Positions 36,785-45,469 of a stretch of DNA of 64,000 nucleotides are shown piece after piece. The notes beneath the pieces were generated by a model. The model worked only from the letters and a program-made list of their open reading frames with translations. It ran no database searches and was not told where the DNA came from. Within the stretch, counting starts at the first letter, position 1, and every line of letters begins with the position of its first letter. The stretch covers positions 87,513 to 151,512 of the forward strand of contig JBFWNU010000006.1 of the NCBI GenBank assembly GCA_050250895.1, read 5' to 3'. Both the position numbers and the translations under genes were made by a program. This stretch comes from Vulcanimicrobiota bacterium (GTDB taxonomy: Bacteria; Vulcanimicrobiota; Xenobia; Xenobiales; JADMJV01).

Positions 36785-39370
36785 ATGGATCTTCGCTGTG
36801 GCCAAAGGGTAGTCAACGAGGCCGAGCCGGCCCTGGGACTGGGCCAGGTCAAAGAGGTCGATCGGCGGCGGGTAGTGGTGGCCTTTCCGGCGGTTGACGA
36901 GTCGCGCGTCTATAGCCGCAACGAGGCCCCCCTACGGCGGCTGGTGCTCAGCCCCGGACAGACGGCGTGCGCGCGCGATGGACGTAAATTCCTGGTCGAG
37001 AGCCTGGCGGTCGAAGGGCACCTGGTCGTTTATCGCGGTCAGGGCACCAGCCTGAGCGAGACCGAGTTGGCCGACGACCCGCCGGCCATGGGGGCGATCG
37101 ACCACCTGCTCGCCTGCCAGCTGGCTCCCGATACCGATTTCGAATTGCGCCGCCGGGCCTGGGAATTGCGGGCTCGTATTCTGGGGTCGAGCTTGCGAGG
37201 ACTGATCGGTCCCAGGGTCGACCTGCTCAGCCACCAACTCTACGTGGCCTCGAAAGTGACGGCCATGGCCCGGCCGCGCGTCCTGTTGGCCGATGAAGTG
37301 GGATTGGGTAAGACGATCGAGGCTGGTCTGATCTTTAGTGCGCTGGCCGCCACCGGCCGGGCCAAAAGCGTGCTGGCACTGGTGCCAGAGCCCCTGATTC
37401 ACCAATGGCTGGCCGAGTTCTATCGGCGTTTTAACCTGCTTTTCGAGTTGTGGGACCCCGAACAGCCTGACCAGCAGCGGGTGCTCTGCCCGGCCGTCAG
37501 CCTGGAAGAGCTGCCCGAGCGTCAGTGGGATCTGGTGATCGTGGATGAGGCCCATCACCTGATGCACGAGCAGGCTCTGGTCGAGTTGAGCCAGCGCACT
37601 CGGGGATTGCTCTTGTTGACGGCCACTCCCAGTCGGTCGGGTTCGGCATCGTTGTTCGGATTGCTGCATCTGGTCGACCCTGAGCGCTTCGCCGACCAGT
37701 CCATCTTCGAGCGCGAACACGCCGACTTGCGGCGGGTGGCCGAACTGGCCGGCCAGGTCGAGGAAGCGGGTCTGCAGCAGGCTGGTTCGCAGCTGGTAGA
37801 GCTATTTCCCCGCGACCGGCAACTGGCCGAACTGGTAGCCCAGGGCGACGCCCGGGCCGTGCTCGAGGCACTCACGGATCGCCACGGTACCGGGCGAGTG
37901 CTGGTGCGCAATCGGCGCCCGCGGCTGGGCCACCTTTTCCCGGGGCGGCGGCTCGAAGCAGTCAAGACCCAGGACTCGTTTGCCTGGCTGTGCAGCTTCT
38001 TGCTCGGACATGAGCGCAAAGTCTTGCTGATCGTCAATTCGGCCGAAGCTGTGGGCCAGCTTTACCAACGGCTGCGCGAGCAGTTGCCGACCACCCTGGC
38101 TACCTTTCATGAGCACATGAGTTTGCTCGAGCGAGACCGCCAGGCGGCCTACTTTGCCGAACCCAACGGAGCCCAGATTCTGCTGGCCAGCGAGATCGGC
38201 AGCGAAGGGCGCAACTTCCAGTTCGCCTCGGACCTGGTGCTTTATGATTTGCCGTTGCATCCCGACTTGCTGGAACAGCGGATCGGGCGCCTCGACCGCA
38301 TCGGTCAGACTCGGGTCGTGACCATCCATGTGCCCTATCAGGATGAGCGTTTGCTGCGTTGGCATCGCGATGGGCTGGGCTCGTTTCAAGCAGCCGTGGC
38401 CGGGGGCGACAGGCTGGTACGGCGCTTTGGGGCGCAGCTGCAGGAAGTTTCCGAAGCCGAGTTCGAGCCGTGGCTCAGTGAGGTGCGCCAGGCCGCCCAG
38501 GCCGAGGCCCAACGGGCTCGTCAGAGTGAAGATGTGTTGATCGACCGTAACTCGTTTCGCGAAGAGCAAGGAGGGCAGCTGGTCGAAGCAGTGGCCGAGG
38601 CCGGCCAGGATCCGATGGTGGTCGAGGTGGTGCCCGACCTGTTGGAGCGTTTCGGAGTGGTGATGGAAGAACTCGAGCAGGGACTGTTCTCGATTCGGCC
38701 GGGCGAGATGATGTTCGTCGATTCCTTGCCCGGCCTGCCGCCCGAGGGCGTATTGGGAACCTTCGACCGGGCCCGGGCGCTGGTGCGCGAAGACCTCGAG
38801 TTTCTCAGTCGCGAGCATCCCATCGTGGCGGGCGGCCTCGAGTTGTTGCTCGACCAACCAGAGAGCCGGGCCATGGCCAGCCGCTGGCGGGGGGCTCCCG
38901 AGACCACGGTGTTGGTGCAGTTTCTCTTCGTGGTCGAAGCGGTGGGGCCGTCCTGGCTTGAGCTAGAGCGTTATCTGCCGCCCACGGTCAGCCTGGTCAG
39001 CTTCGACATGCAGACCCGACCCCGACCCGAACTCGAGATAGAGCTCGAGTCGGCACGCACCGAACGACTGGCTCCTGAAGTGGCCGCCAACCTGGTGGGA
39101 CGATTGGGACCGGTACTCGATCAGCTGAGCGGCAAAGCTCAGCAAGCGGCGGTCGACCGGGCTCGGCCGGGCCTCGAAGCCGGTCTGGCTCGGGCGCGCC
39201 GGTTGCTGGCCGCCGAGCTGGCTCGACTCCAGGCCCTGGCCGAAGTCAACCCGGGGGTGGGTCCAGCCGAGCTAGAGGCCATGAGTGAGCGGGGGCGAGA
39301 GACTCTAGCCAGGCTCGGGGCAGCCGGGCCTCGACTGGATGCCGTCAGGCTGGTTTTGCTCCAGCAGTGA
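36785..39370 (+). CDS. rapA: RapA/HepA-like SNF2-family ATPase
   Basis: LGLGQV, RVLLADEVGLGKTIEAG, DEAHHL, LLTATP, DRHGTGRVL, SEIGSEGRNFQFA, QRIGRLDRIGQ, LDAVRL. Confidence 0.9.
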   Translation: MDLRCGQRVVNEAEPALGLGQVKEVDRRRVVVAFPAVDESRVYSRNEAPLRRLVLSPGQTACARDGRKFLVESLAVEGHLVVYRGQGTSLSETELADDPPAMGAIDHLLACQLAPDTDFELRRRAWELRARILGSSLRGLIGPRVDLLSHQLYVASKVTAMARPRVLLADEVGLGKTIEAGLIFSALAATGRAKSVLALVPEPLIHQWLAEFYRRFNLLFELWDPEQPDQQRVLCPAVSLEELPERQWDLVIVDEAHHLMHEQALVELSQRTRGLLLLTATPSRSGSASLFGLLHLVDPERFADQSIFEREHADLRRVAELAGQVEEAGLQQAGSQLVELFPRDRQLAELVAQGDARAVLEALTDRHGTGRVLVRNRRPRLGHLFPGRRLEAVKTQDSFAWLCSFLLGHERKVLLIVNSAEAVGQLYQRLREQLPTTLATFHEHMSLLERDRQAAYFAEPNGAQILLASEIGSEGRNFQFASDLVLYDLPLHPDLLEQRIGRLDRIGQTRVVTIHVPYQDERLLRWHRDGLGSFQAAVAGGDRLVRRFGAQLQEVSEAEFEPWLSEVRQAAQAEAQRARQSEDVLIDRNSFREEQGGQLVEAVAEAGQDPMVVEVVPDLLERFGVVMEELEQGLFSIRPGEMMFVDSLPGLPPEGVLGTFDRARALVREDLEFLSREHPIVAGGLELLLDQPESRAMASRWRGAPETTVLVQFLFVVEAVGPSWLELERYLPPTVSLVSFDMQTRPRPELEIELESARTERLAPEVAANLVGRLGPVLDQLSGKAQQAAVDRARPGLEAGLARARRLLAAELARLQALAEVNPGVGPAELEAMSERGRETLARLGAAGPRLDAVRLVLLQQ

Positions 39371-40112
39371 GGTAGCGGTCGAAATTGGCCGTGGTGATGG
39401 CGGCCACTTCCTCCCAGCTCACTCCCCAGAGTCCGGCCAGACATTCGGCCACCGGGCGCACCCAGGCCGGTTCGGCCGGGCGTTCGCCAAAAGGGACGGG
39501 GCTGTCGGTCTCTAGCAAGAGCAAGCTTTGCTCGACCGCCCCGACGACCCGCCGAGCTTCTTCAGAGTAGAGCAAGCTGGGTCCGGCCGAGATATAGACT
39601 CCCTCGCGGTTGGCGATGCGCACCAATTTGGTCGATTGGGTGAACCAGTGAAGCTGGGCGCCCAGCCCGGTGGCGCGCGTGAAGGCTACGGCCACCTCTA
39701 GCGTCTGGCGCTGGGCCCAGCGTGAGTGTAGATTGATGGGCTTGCTGGCCGCCTGCGCCAGCTCGAGTTGGCGTTCGAGCAGCAGCCGCTGGTGGGTCTG
39801 TTGTTCGGGTTCCTTGGCATATTTGAAGTCGAGTCCGACTTCGCCCAGCAGATCAGCCTGTTCGAGGTGTTCGGCCACAAACTTCAGGCAGGCTTCGATC
39901 TCGGACGCCGGCGTCGAGACGCTCTTCATGGGATGAAAGCCGAGCCCCACCAGTAGCCCCGGAGCCTGAGCACGCAGGGCTAGAAGTTTTCGGCCCGAGG
40001 CTTCATCTTCAGAGACCCCCACCACCCGGCTGACCTGGGCCTGGAGGGCGCGCTCGAGGCAGGCCAGGGGGTCCTGGCACTGTTCCAGGTGGCAGTGAGA
40101 GTCGACCAGCAA
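39345..40112 (-). CDS. tatD: TatD-family hydrolase
   Basis: DSHCH, GFHP, GEVGLD, LHSR, LHWF, LETDSP. Confidence 0.9.
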   Translation of the reverse strand: MLVDSHCHLEQCQDPLACLERALQAQVSRVVGVSEDEASGRKLLALRAQAPGLLVGLGFHPMKSVSTPASEIEACLKFVAEHLEQADLLGEVGLDFKYAKEPEQQTHQRLLLERQLELAQAASKPINLHSRWAQRQTLEVAVAFTRATGLGAQLHWFTQSTKLVRIANREGVYISAGPSLLYSEEARRVVGAVEQSLLLLETDSPVPFGERPAEPAWVRPVAECLAGLWGVSWEEVAAITTANFDRYLTAGAKPA

Positions 40113-40113
40113 T

Positions 40114-41505
40114 CTACTGCTCTAATTGACGAGAGTGCCAGACCTGCAAGGTCTGGCCGGCCAGGCGGAGCGTGTCCTGGACGTAGGGGCGATTGCCGAC
40201 CCACTGAGCGAAGCCTTCTTTGAAATCCTCGCCCTTCTCGTCGTTGAGGTATTGGGCGAACTGGATAAGCAACAGATAGCGTTCGAGAAACTGATTGCTG
40301 CGGGCCAGCAAAGCATCTTGCTGGGTCGAATAGTGCGCCTTCGGGGGAGGGCGACGGTTGAGCACGGCCTGACGGAGGTTCTGCACGGCGGCGGCGCGCT
40401 CGATGGCCAGATCGGCGCGCTTGCGGAAGTTAGAGAAGCTTTCGAGGGCTTCGGCCAGATCGCTGACGCTATGGGCCTCTTGATGCAGGTGACTGCGCGA
40501 GCGAGCGGTGTCGAGCAGGTTGCTGGTGGGGGTGTGCATGGCTTGCTCAATGAGGTCGGCGATGGCCATGCCTGTGGTCGTGCGACCGCGACCGGCGTGA
40601 CAATTGAAGATGCGAGGCGTGTCCGGATCGACGTTCTTGAGGATGCTGACCAGCTGGTCGTAGTCTTGATACTCGGGGGTCTTTTCGTCGGAGACCGGCA
40701 CTCGATGGTACTCGACCTGGAATCCCTCATCGAGCATCTGTTGATAGACCTGGCGGGGAGTCTTGACGTCCTCAGGGTCGACTTTGACCCAGGATCTGGT
40801 CAGGTTCTCGTGGTTGTCTTCGTCATGGAGCAAGGCTTTGCCACCGGTCCGCTGGATCTCGTCGATGACTTCCTGGCGAAGGTTTTCTTCGAGTTCTTCG
40901 AGATCGCGGGGCGAGATGCCCGTGGCCTCGAGATTGCTCAGTGGATAGGCCGATTCGCGCAGGGTGAACGGCTTGCCCGCGATATAGACGACCGGCTCTT
41001 CGCGCAGGTTGATCCAGACGCAGGGGCGGCCGCCGGGACCCGCGTCGTTCTGGCGCAACACGGCTCGGATCCCGTTGATAGTGGGTTGAGCCACCCCGCG
41101 AATCTGGGAGCCGGCCAGCCCGCGATAGTTGGGGGCGCCACAGAGCAGCGGTTGGGCGCCCGCACCCATCTGCAGTTCGTCTTTGTGCAGGCCAGGATAC
41201 TGGTCGGTCTTGAGAATGCGATTGGGATTGAGGATGTCGCCCTTGCGGGTCAACTGGTCGCCAGCCATGAAGTAGGCGGCGGCCCCGACGGGATCGGCCG
41301 CCATCATGGCGTTGAGTTCGCTCAATAGTTCGCTGGCTCGAAAGCGGGCCGAGTTGGTCTCGCCGGGAGCGGGCAAGCTGCATTCGGCAGCCTGGCGGGT
41401 GAAGAGATCCTCGGGGATCTGCTCTTCAGGCTTGATGCGCTCGCGCGCCACGGCCTTGAAGCGCTTGGCTGCCTGAGCGATATGTCGTGGCGTAATCGGG
41501 TTCAA
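40114..41505 (-). CDS. Paladin-like protein-tyrosine/inositol phosphatase (CX5R)
   Basis: GAPNYR, GVAQPT, WINLREEPVVYI, YHRVPVSDEKTP, FNCHAGRGRTT, LERY..LI.F. Start uncertain. Confidence 0.82.
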   Translation of the reverse strand: MNPITPRHIAQAAKRFKAVARERIKPEEQIPEDLFTRQAAECSLPAPGETNSARFRASELLSELNAMMAADPVGAAAYFMAGDQLTRKGDILNPNRILKTDQYPGLHKDELQMGAGAQPLLCGAPNYRGLAGSQIRGVAQPTINGIRAVLRQNDAGPGGRPCVWINLREEPVVYIAGKPFTLRESAYPLSNLEATGISPRDLEELEENLRQEVIDEIQRTGGKALLHDEDNHENLTRSWVKVDPEDVKTPRQVYQQMLDEGFQVEYHRVPVSDEKTPEYQDYDQLVSILKNVDPDTPRIFNCHAGRGRTTTGMAIADLIEQAMHTPTSNLLDTARSRSHLHQEAHSVSDLAEALESFSNFRKRADLAIERAAAVQNLRQAVLNRRPPPKAHYSTQQDALLARSNQFLERYLLLIQFAQYLNDEKGEDFKEGFAQWVGNRPYVQDTLRLAGQTLQVWHSRQLEQ

Positions 41506-41617
41506 GTCGACAAAGTCCCACAAATCCCCACCGAAAGTATACCTCGAAATAGGTTGATTCCCTGTTGCTGAGATGTAAACATGCAGGGTCAAAGGGGGTC
41601 CAAACGAAGGTTTTGGT

Positions 41618-42847
41618 ATGAATGTACTGGTGCTCAACTGTGGTTCGTCCACGGTCAAGTTTCAGGTGGTCGAGACCGATCTCGACAAGATGGCAGCCGA
41701 CCAGGATCGCCGCCTGGCCCGGGGCCTGGTTGATCGTATCGGCGGTAAATCGATCTTGCGCTTTCAGGCCACCGGCCAGCCCGAGGTCAAGCTGGCTGAA
41801 CCCATTCGCGACCACGGCCAGGCCATCGACCGGGTCATCCGCTGGGTGGTTTCCGAGGACTCCCACATCGATTCCATCACCTCGGTTACCGACCTTCACG
41901 CGGTGGGCCATCGGGTGGTCCACGGGGGCGAGCGATTCAAAGCCTCGACTTTGATTACACCGGATGTCGAGGCAGGCATTTCCGAGTGCATCGAACTGGC
42001 TCCCCTGCACAACCCGGCCAATCTTAAGGGGATAGCGGCGGTCCGCAGGACATTGGGAGCCGGGGTGCCGCAGGTGGCTGTCTTCGATACGTCCTTCCAC
42101 ACTACCATGCCGGCCGAATCTTATCTCTACGCCATCCCTTATCCGCTCTATCGGCGCCACAAGCTTCGTCGCTATGGCTTTCACGGCACCTCGCATCGCT
42201 ACATCGCCTATCGCTACCGCAGATTGCGCGAACTCGAGAAAGAGCAGGTGCGCATCATCAGTCTGCACCTGGGTAACGGATGCTCGGCGTGCGCCGTGGT
42301 CGAGGGCAATTCGCTCGAGACCTCGATGGGTTTAACCCCTCTCGAGGGACTGGTGATGGGAACCCGTAGCGGGGACATCGATCCCTCGATTATCGATTTT
42401 CTGGTCGACGCCGAGGGACTGACGCCCCAACAGGTGGATACTCTGCTCAATAAGTCGTCGGGCCTGCTGGGTATTTCGGGGCTGACCGGGGATATGCGTG
42501 ACCTTTTGGCCGAACGCGAAGAGAACCTCGATCGCCGGGCCAGCCTGGCCATCAACATCTTCTGCAACCGCATCAAGAAATACATCGGAGCCTACCTGGC
42601 CCTGATGGGAGGCGCCCAGGCCCTGGTCTTCACCGGCGGCATCGGCGAGAATTCGGCCGTCATCCGCACGCAGATCCTCGACGGTCTAGAGTTTCTGGGG
42701 GTCGAGATCGACCAGAAATCCAACCAGGAGACGGTCGGCGGCAAGACCGGCCTGATTTCCACCGCCGACTCCCGGCTGGCAGCTTTCGTCATCCCCACCG
42801 ATGAAGAGTTGCTCATCGCCCGGGACACCGTTCGCTGCGTGAACTAG
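41618..42847 (+). CDS. ackA: Acetate kinase
   Basis: LNCGSS, GHRVVHGG, APLHN, FDTSFH, YGFHGTSH, HLGNG, GTRSGD, FTGGIGEN, IPTDEE. Confidence 0.97.
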   Translation: MNVLVLNCGSSTVKFQVVETDLDKMAADQDRRLARGLVDRIGGKSILRFQATGQPEVKLAEPIRDHGQAIDRVIRWVVSEDSHIDSITSVTDLHAVGHRVVHGGERFKASTLITPDVEAGISECIELAPLHNPANLKGIAAVRRTLGAGVPQVAVFDTSFHTTMPAESYLYAIPYPLYRRHKLRRYGFHGTSHRYIAYRYRRLRELEKEQVRIISLHLGNGCSACAVVEGNSLETSMGLTPLEGLVMGTRSGDIDPSIIDFLVDAEGLTPQQVDTLLNKSSGLLGISGLTGDMRDLLAEREENLDRRASLAINIFCNRIKKYIGAYLALMGGAQALVFTGGIGENSAVIRTQILDGLEFLGVEIDQKSNQETVGGKTGLISTADSRLAAFVIPTDEELLIARDTVRCVN

Positions 42848-43263
42848 CCCTGCGAAAGTTCGGCGGCCCGCTGGTGACTCTGCCGGGCGGTGTCGGTCAT
42901 GATCTCTTCAAAGTCTTCCAGGCCATAAACGGGGCGAATTTCTATCTCGGACTCTTCAGGCATGGGGTTAGGGCAACGCTTGACCCACTCGATGGCCTGC
43001 TCGAGCGAGTCGACCTGCCAGAGCCAATAGCCGGCCACCAGCTCTTTGGTCTCGGCGAACGGGCCGTCGATGACGGTGCGGTCCTTACCAGAGAACCGCA
43101 CCCGGCAACCGCGCGACGACGGGGTCAGACCATCGCCCCCCAGCAGAATGCCAGCTTCGGCTAGTTCCTGATTGAATTTGCCCATCGCCTCGAGCAGTTC
43201 TGAGCTGGGCATTTTGCCTTGCTCTGAACTTGGGGTTGCTTTGACGAATACCATGACTTTCAT
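42844..43263 (-). CDS. YciI-family DGPF protein
   Basis: DGPFAETKELVAGYW, IEIRP. Confidence 0.9.
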   Translation of the reverse strand: MKVMVFVKATPSSEQGKMPSSELLEAMGKFNQELAEAGILLGGDGLTPSSRGCRVRFSGKDRTVIDGPFAETKELVAGYWLWQVDSLEQAIEWVKRCPNPMPEESEIEIRPVYGLEDFEEIMTDTARQSHQRAAELSQG

Positions 43264-43628
43264 TGTGATTTCTCCTGTCGGGGTAGATTAGGTAGTTCGA
43301 AGACCGGACGAATCTCGACCGTTCCCCGTTTGACACCCGGGATGCGAGTGGCCACCTCGATCGCTTCGTCGAGATTCTCGACCTCAAGCAAATAGTAGCC
43401 TCCCAACTGCTCGTGGGTCTCGGCGAACGGTCCATCGGTAATCGTCCGCTTTCCGTTACGCACCCGCACGCTGGTGGCCGTTCTCACGGGGTGCAGCGGC
43501 GAGGCGCTCAGGTACTGTCCTCGACCCGCCAGTTCGTGGCACAGTTCGGTCGATTCGGCCATACAGGCGTTGCGCTCGTCGTCGGTCCAGGCGTTCTCAT
43601 CGCTGTAGATCAGCATCAAGTATTTCAT
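43260..43628 (-). CDS. YciI-family DGPF protein
   Basis: MKYLMLIY, DGPFAETHEQLGGYY, VEIRP. 4-bp overlap with its paralog. Confidence 0.9.
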   Translation of the reverse strand: MKYLMLIYSDENAWTDDERNACMAESTELCHELAGRGQYLSASPLHPVRTATSVRVRNGKRTITDGPFAETHEQLGGYYLLEVENLDEAIEVATRIPGVKRGTVEIRPVFELPNLPRQEKSQ

Positions 43629-43651
43629 TGGTTTGTCCCTTCTATCCGTTG

Positions 43652-43678
43652 GTCGACCGGGCGGAGCTCAGATCGACA
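43652..43678 (-). promoter_or_regulatory. ECF42-type promoter candidate
   Basis: Minus strand reads TGTCGA-N17-CGAC directly upstream of the DGPF genes. Confidence 0.55.
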
Positions 43679-43690
43679 GGTCAACAAAAA

Positions 43691-45469
43691 TTAGCGACGC
43701 TCCAGACACAAGACGGTTACATCGTCGGCGGCATCGTGGCCGTCCGCGAAGCGATCGATTTCGGCGAACACCAGCCGCACGAGGTTGTCGGCATCGGGCC
43801 GCTCGGCCTGGGCCACCGCGGTCTGCAGCCGCTCGTCGCCGTAGAGGTCCCCCGAACCATCGCGGGCCTCGGTGACTCCGTCGGTGAAGGCGAACAGGAC
43901 CTGACCAGGGGTGAGGGTGAGGCCGCGTTCTTCGAACTCGACTCCGGTCACGATGCCCAGCGGCATGCCCGGGCACTCGGGCAGTTCGCGGACGCCGTCC
44001 TGGCCAATGAGCAAGGGGGGAGGATGGCCGGCCAGAGAATAGCGCAATTCGCCGGTGGTCACGTTGAAGACCCCATAGAAAGCTGTCAGAAACATATCCG
44101 AATCGTCATCCTGGCAGAGCCTTTGATTGACCCGGGCCAGGGTTTCGCTGGGGGTCTGGCCGCTCAGGCCAATGACTCGCAGGTGGGTTGCGCTGACCCC
44201 GACGTAAAGGGCGGCCGGAATGCCTTTGCCCGAGACATCTCCCACGAGCAGACCAAGATGCTGCTCGTCGATCCAGAAGAAGTCGAACAGGTCGCCACCC
44301 ACTTCGCGGGCCGGTTGGCTGCGGGCTGCCAGGGCAAAGCCTGAGCCGCGCGGCAGGTCGCGGGGCAGCAGGCTGCGCTGGAGGTCGGCCGCGACCTTAA
44401 GTTCGCTGGCCAGTCGCTCCTGTTTGGAGACCGATGAGCGCAGCTCGCGCACCAGCGCCTCGAACGAGCTTGCCATCTCGTCGACCTCGCGCGAGTGGCG
44501 CTCGACCGAGCGCTCGGCGGGCACATCGGCCTCGCCACGGGCGGCACGACTGACCAGCTGAGACAAGGTGGCGATGGGGGCGGCCAGCCGGCCGGCGGCG
44601 ATCCAGCTGACCCCGGCCAGCACCAGCAGGCCCAGGACCCCGATGATCGAGAGATCGGCGAGGGTTCGTTGCAGTTCAGCCATCTCTTCGCGGACGCCAT
44701 AGACGATGACGACCTCGAGCGGAGTTCCGGTGACCGGGTGAAAGATGAGCCAGGCCCGTCGCTGGTGGATCGGATCGGTGGCTTGGACCAGGGAGTGTTC
44801 GGCGGCGGATTCACGCTCGATGGCCACCAGCTGGTTGGCTACCGGACTCCCGCTGGAAGCCACCAGGTGCCCGGCCTTGCTAAGCAAAAGTCCGTAACGA
44901 CCAGGTTCGGACTTGATCGGCTCGAGTTCTTCGGCTAGCCCGTCGAGGCTCAGCCAGACCGTCAATACCCCCTGGGACTCTCCATCGAGATCGTTTAGTG
45001 GCAAAGAGAAAGCGGCCTCCCGGTCCTGGTTGACTTCAATCCAGCTGCCATGCGGCTGGACCGACGGCACTTCGGAGGCTTCGGTGAACACCACCTGGGC
45101 ATCTTTGAGGGTGCAGGTGATGGCCGTTCCCGAGTTCCACTGCACGGCAATCCGGTCCAGCTCTGGATTGGCCAGCGCCACCCCCTCGAGGTAGCGGGTC
45201 ATGGCCTCGGGACGCAGGGGGGCGTGACGCCCCAGATAGCTGCTGGCCAGACGGGCCGTGAGGGCCGCGCCGGCGAAGGTCCGCCCGACGCGTTCGGCAT
45301 AGTAGGCAACCTGATTCGAGGCGTCGCTTTCGAGCTTGTCCAACCAGCGGGCATGCAGTCGCCAGGCCCCAAAGGCCAGCAGAGCCATGAGCAACACGGC
45401 TGTGCTTCCGGTCAGGGCCACCACCATGCGGGCCCGCAGACGCGGTGTTCTCGGAGCAGAGTCAGCCAT
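43691..45469 (-). CDS. Membrane sensor PP2C/SpoIIE phosphatase (Cache-like + HAMP)
   Basis: Two TMs, HAMP, LQRSLLP, VGGDLFD, GDVSGKG, AGHPPP, TDGVTEA, DDVT. Confidence 0.92.
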   Translation of the reverse strand: MADSAPRTPRLRARMVVALTGSTAVLLMALLAFGAWRLHARWLDKLESDASNQVAYYAERVGRTFAGAALTARLASSYLGRHAPLRPEAMTRYLEGVALANPELDRIAVQWNSGTAITCTLKDAQVVFTEASEVPSVQPHGSWIEVNQDREAAFSLPLNDLDGESQGVLTVWLSLDGLAEELEPIKSEPGRYGLLLSKAGHLVASSGSPVANQLVAIERESAAEHSLVQATDPIHQRRAWLIFHPVTGTPLEVVIVYGVREEMAELQRTLADLSIIGVLGLLVLAGVSWIAAGRLAAPIATLSQLVSRAARGEADVPAERSVERHSREVDEMASSFEALVRELRSSVSKQERLASELKVAADLQRSLLPRDLPRGSGFALAARSQPAREVGGDLFDFFWIDEQHLGLLVGDVSGKGIPAALYVGVSATHLRVIGLSGQTPSETLARVNQRLCQDDDSDMFLTAFYGVFNVTTGELRYSLAGHPPPLLIGQDGVRELPECPGMPLGIVTGVEFEERGLTLTPGQVLFAFTDGVTEARDGSGDLYGDERLQTAVAQAERPDADNLVRLVFAEIDRFADGHDAADDVTVLCLERR

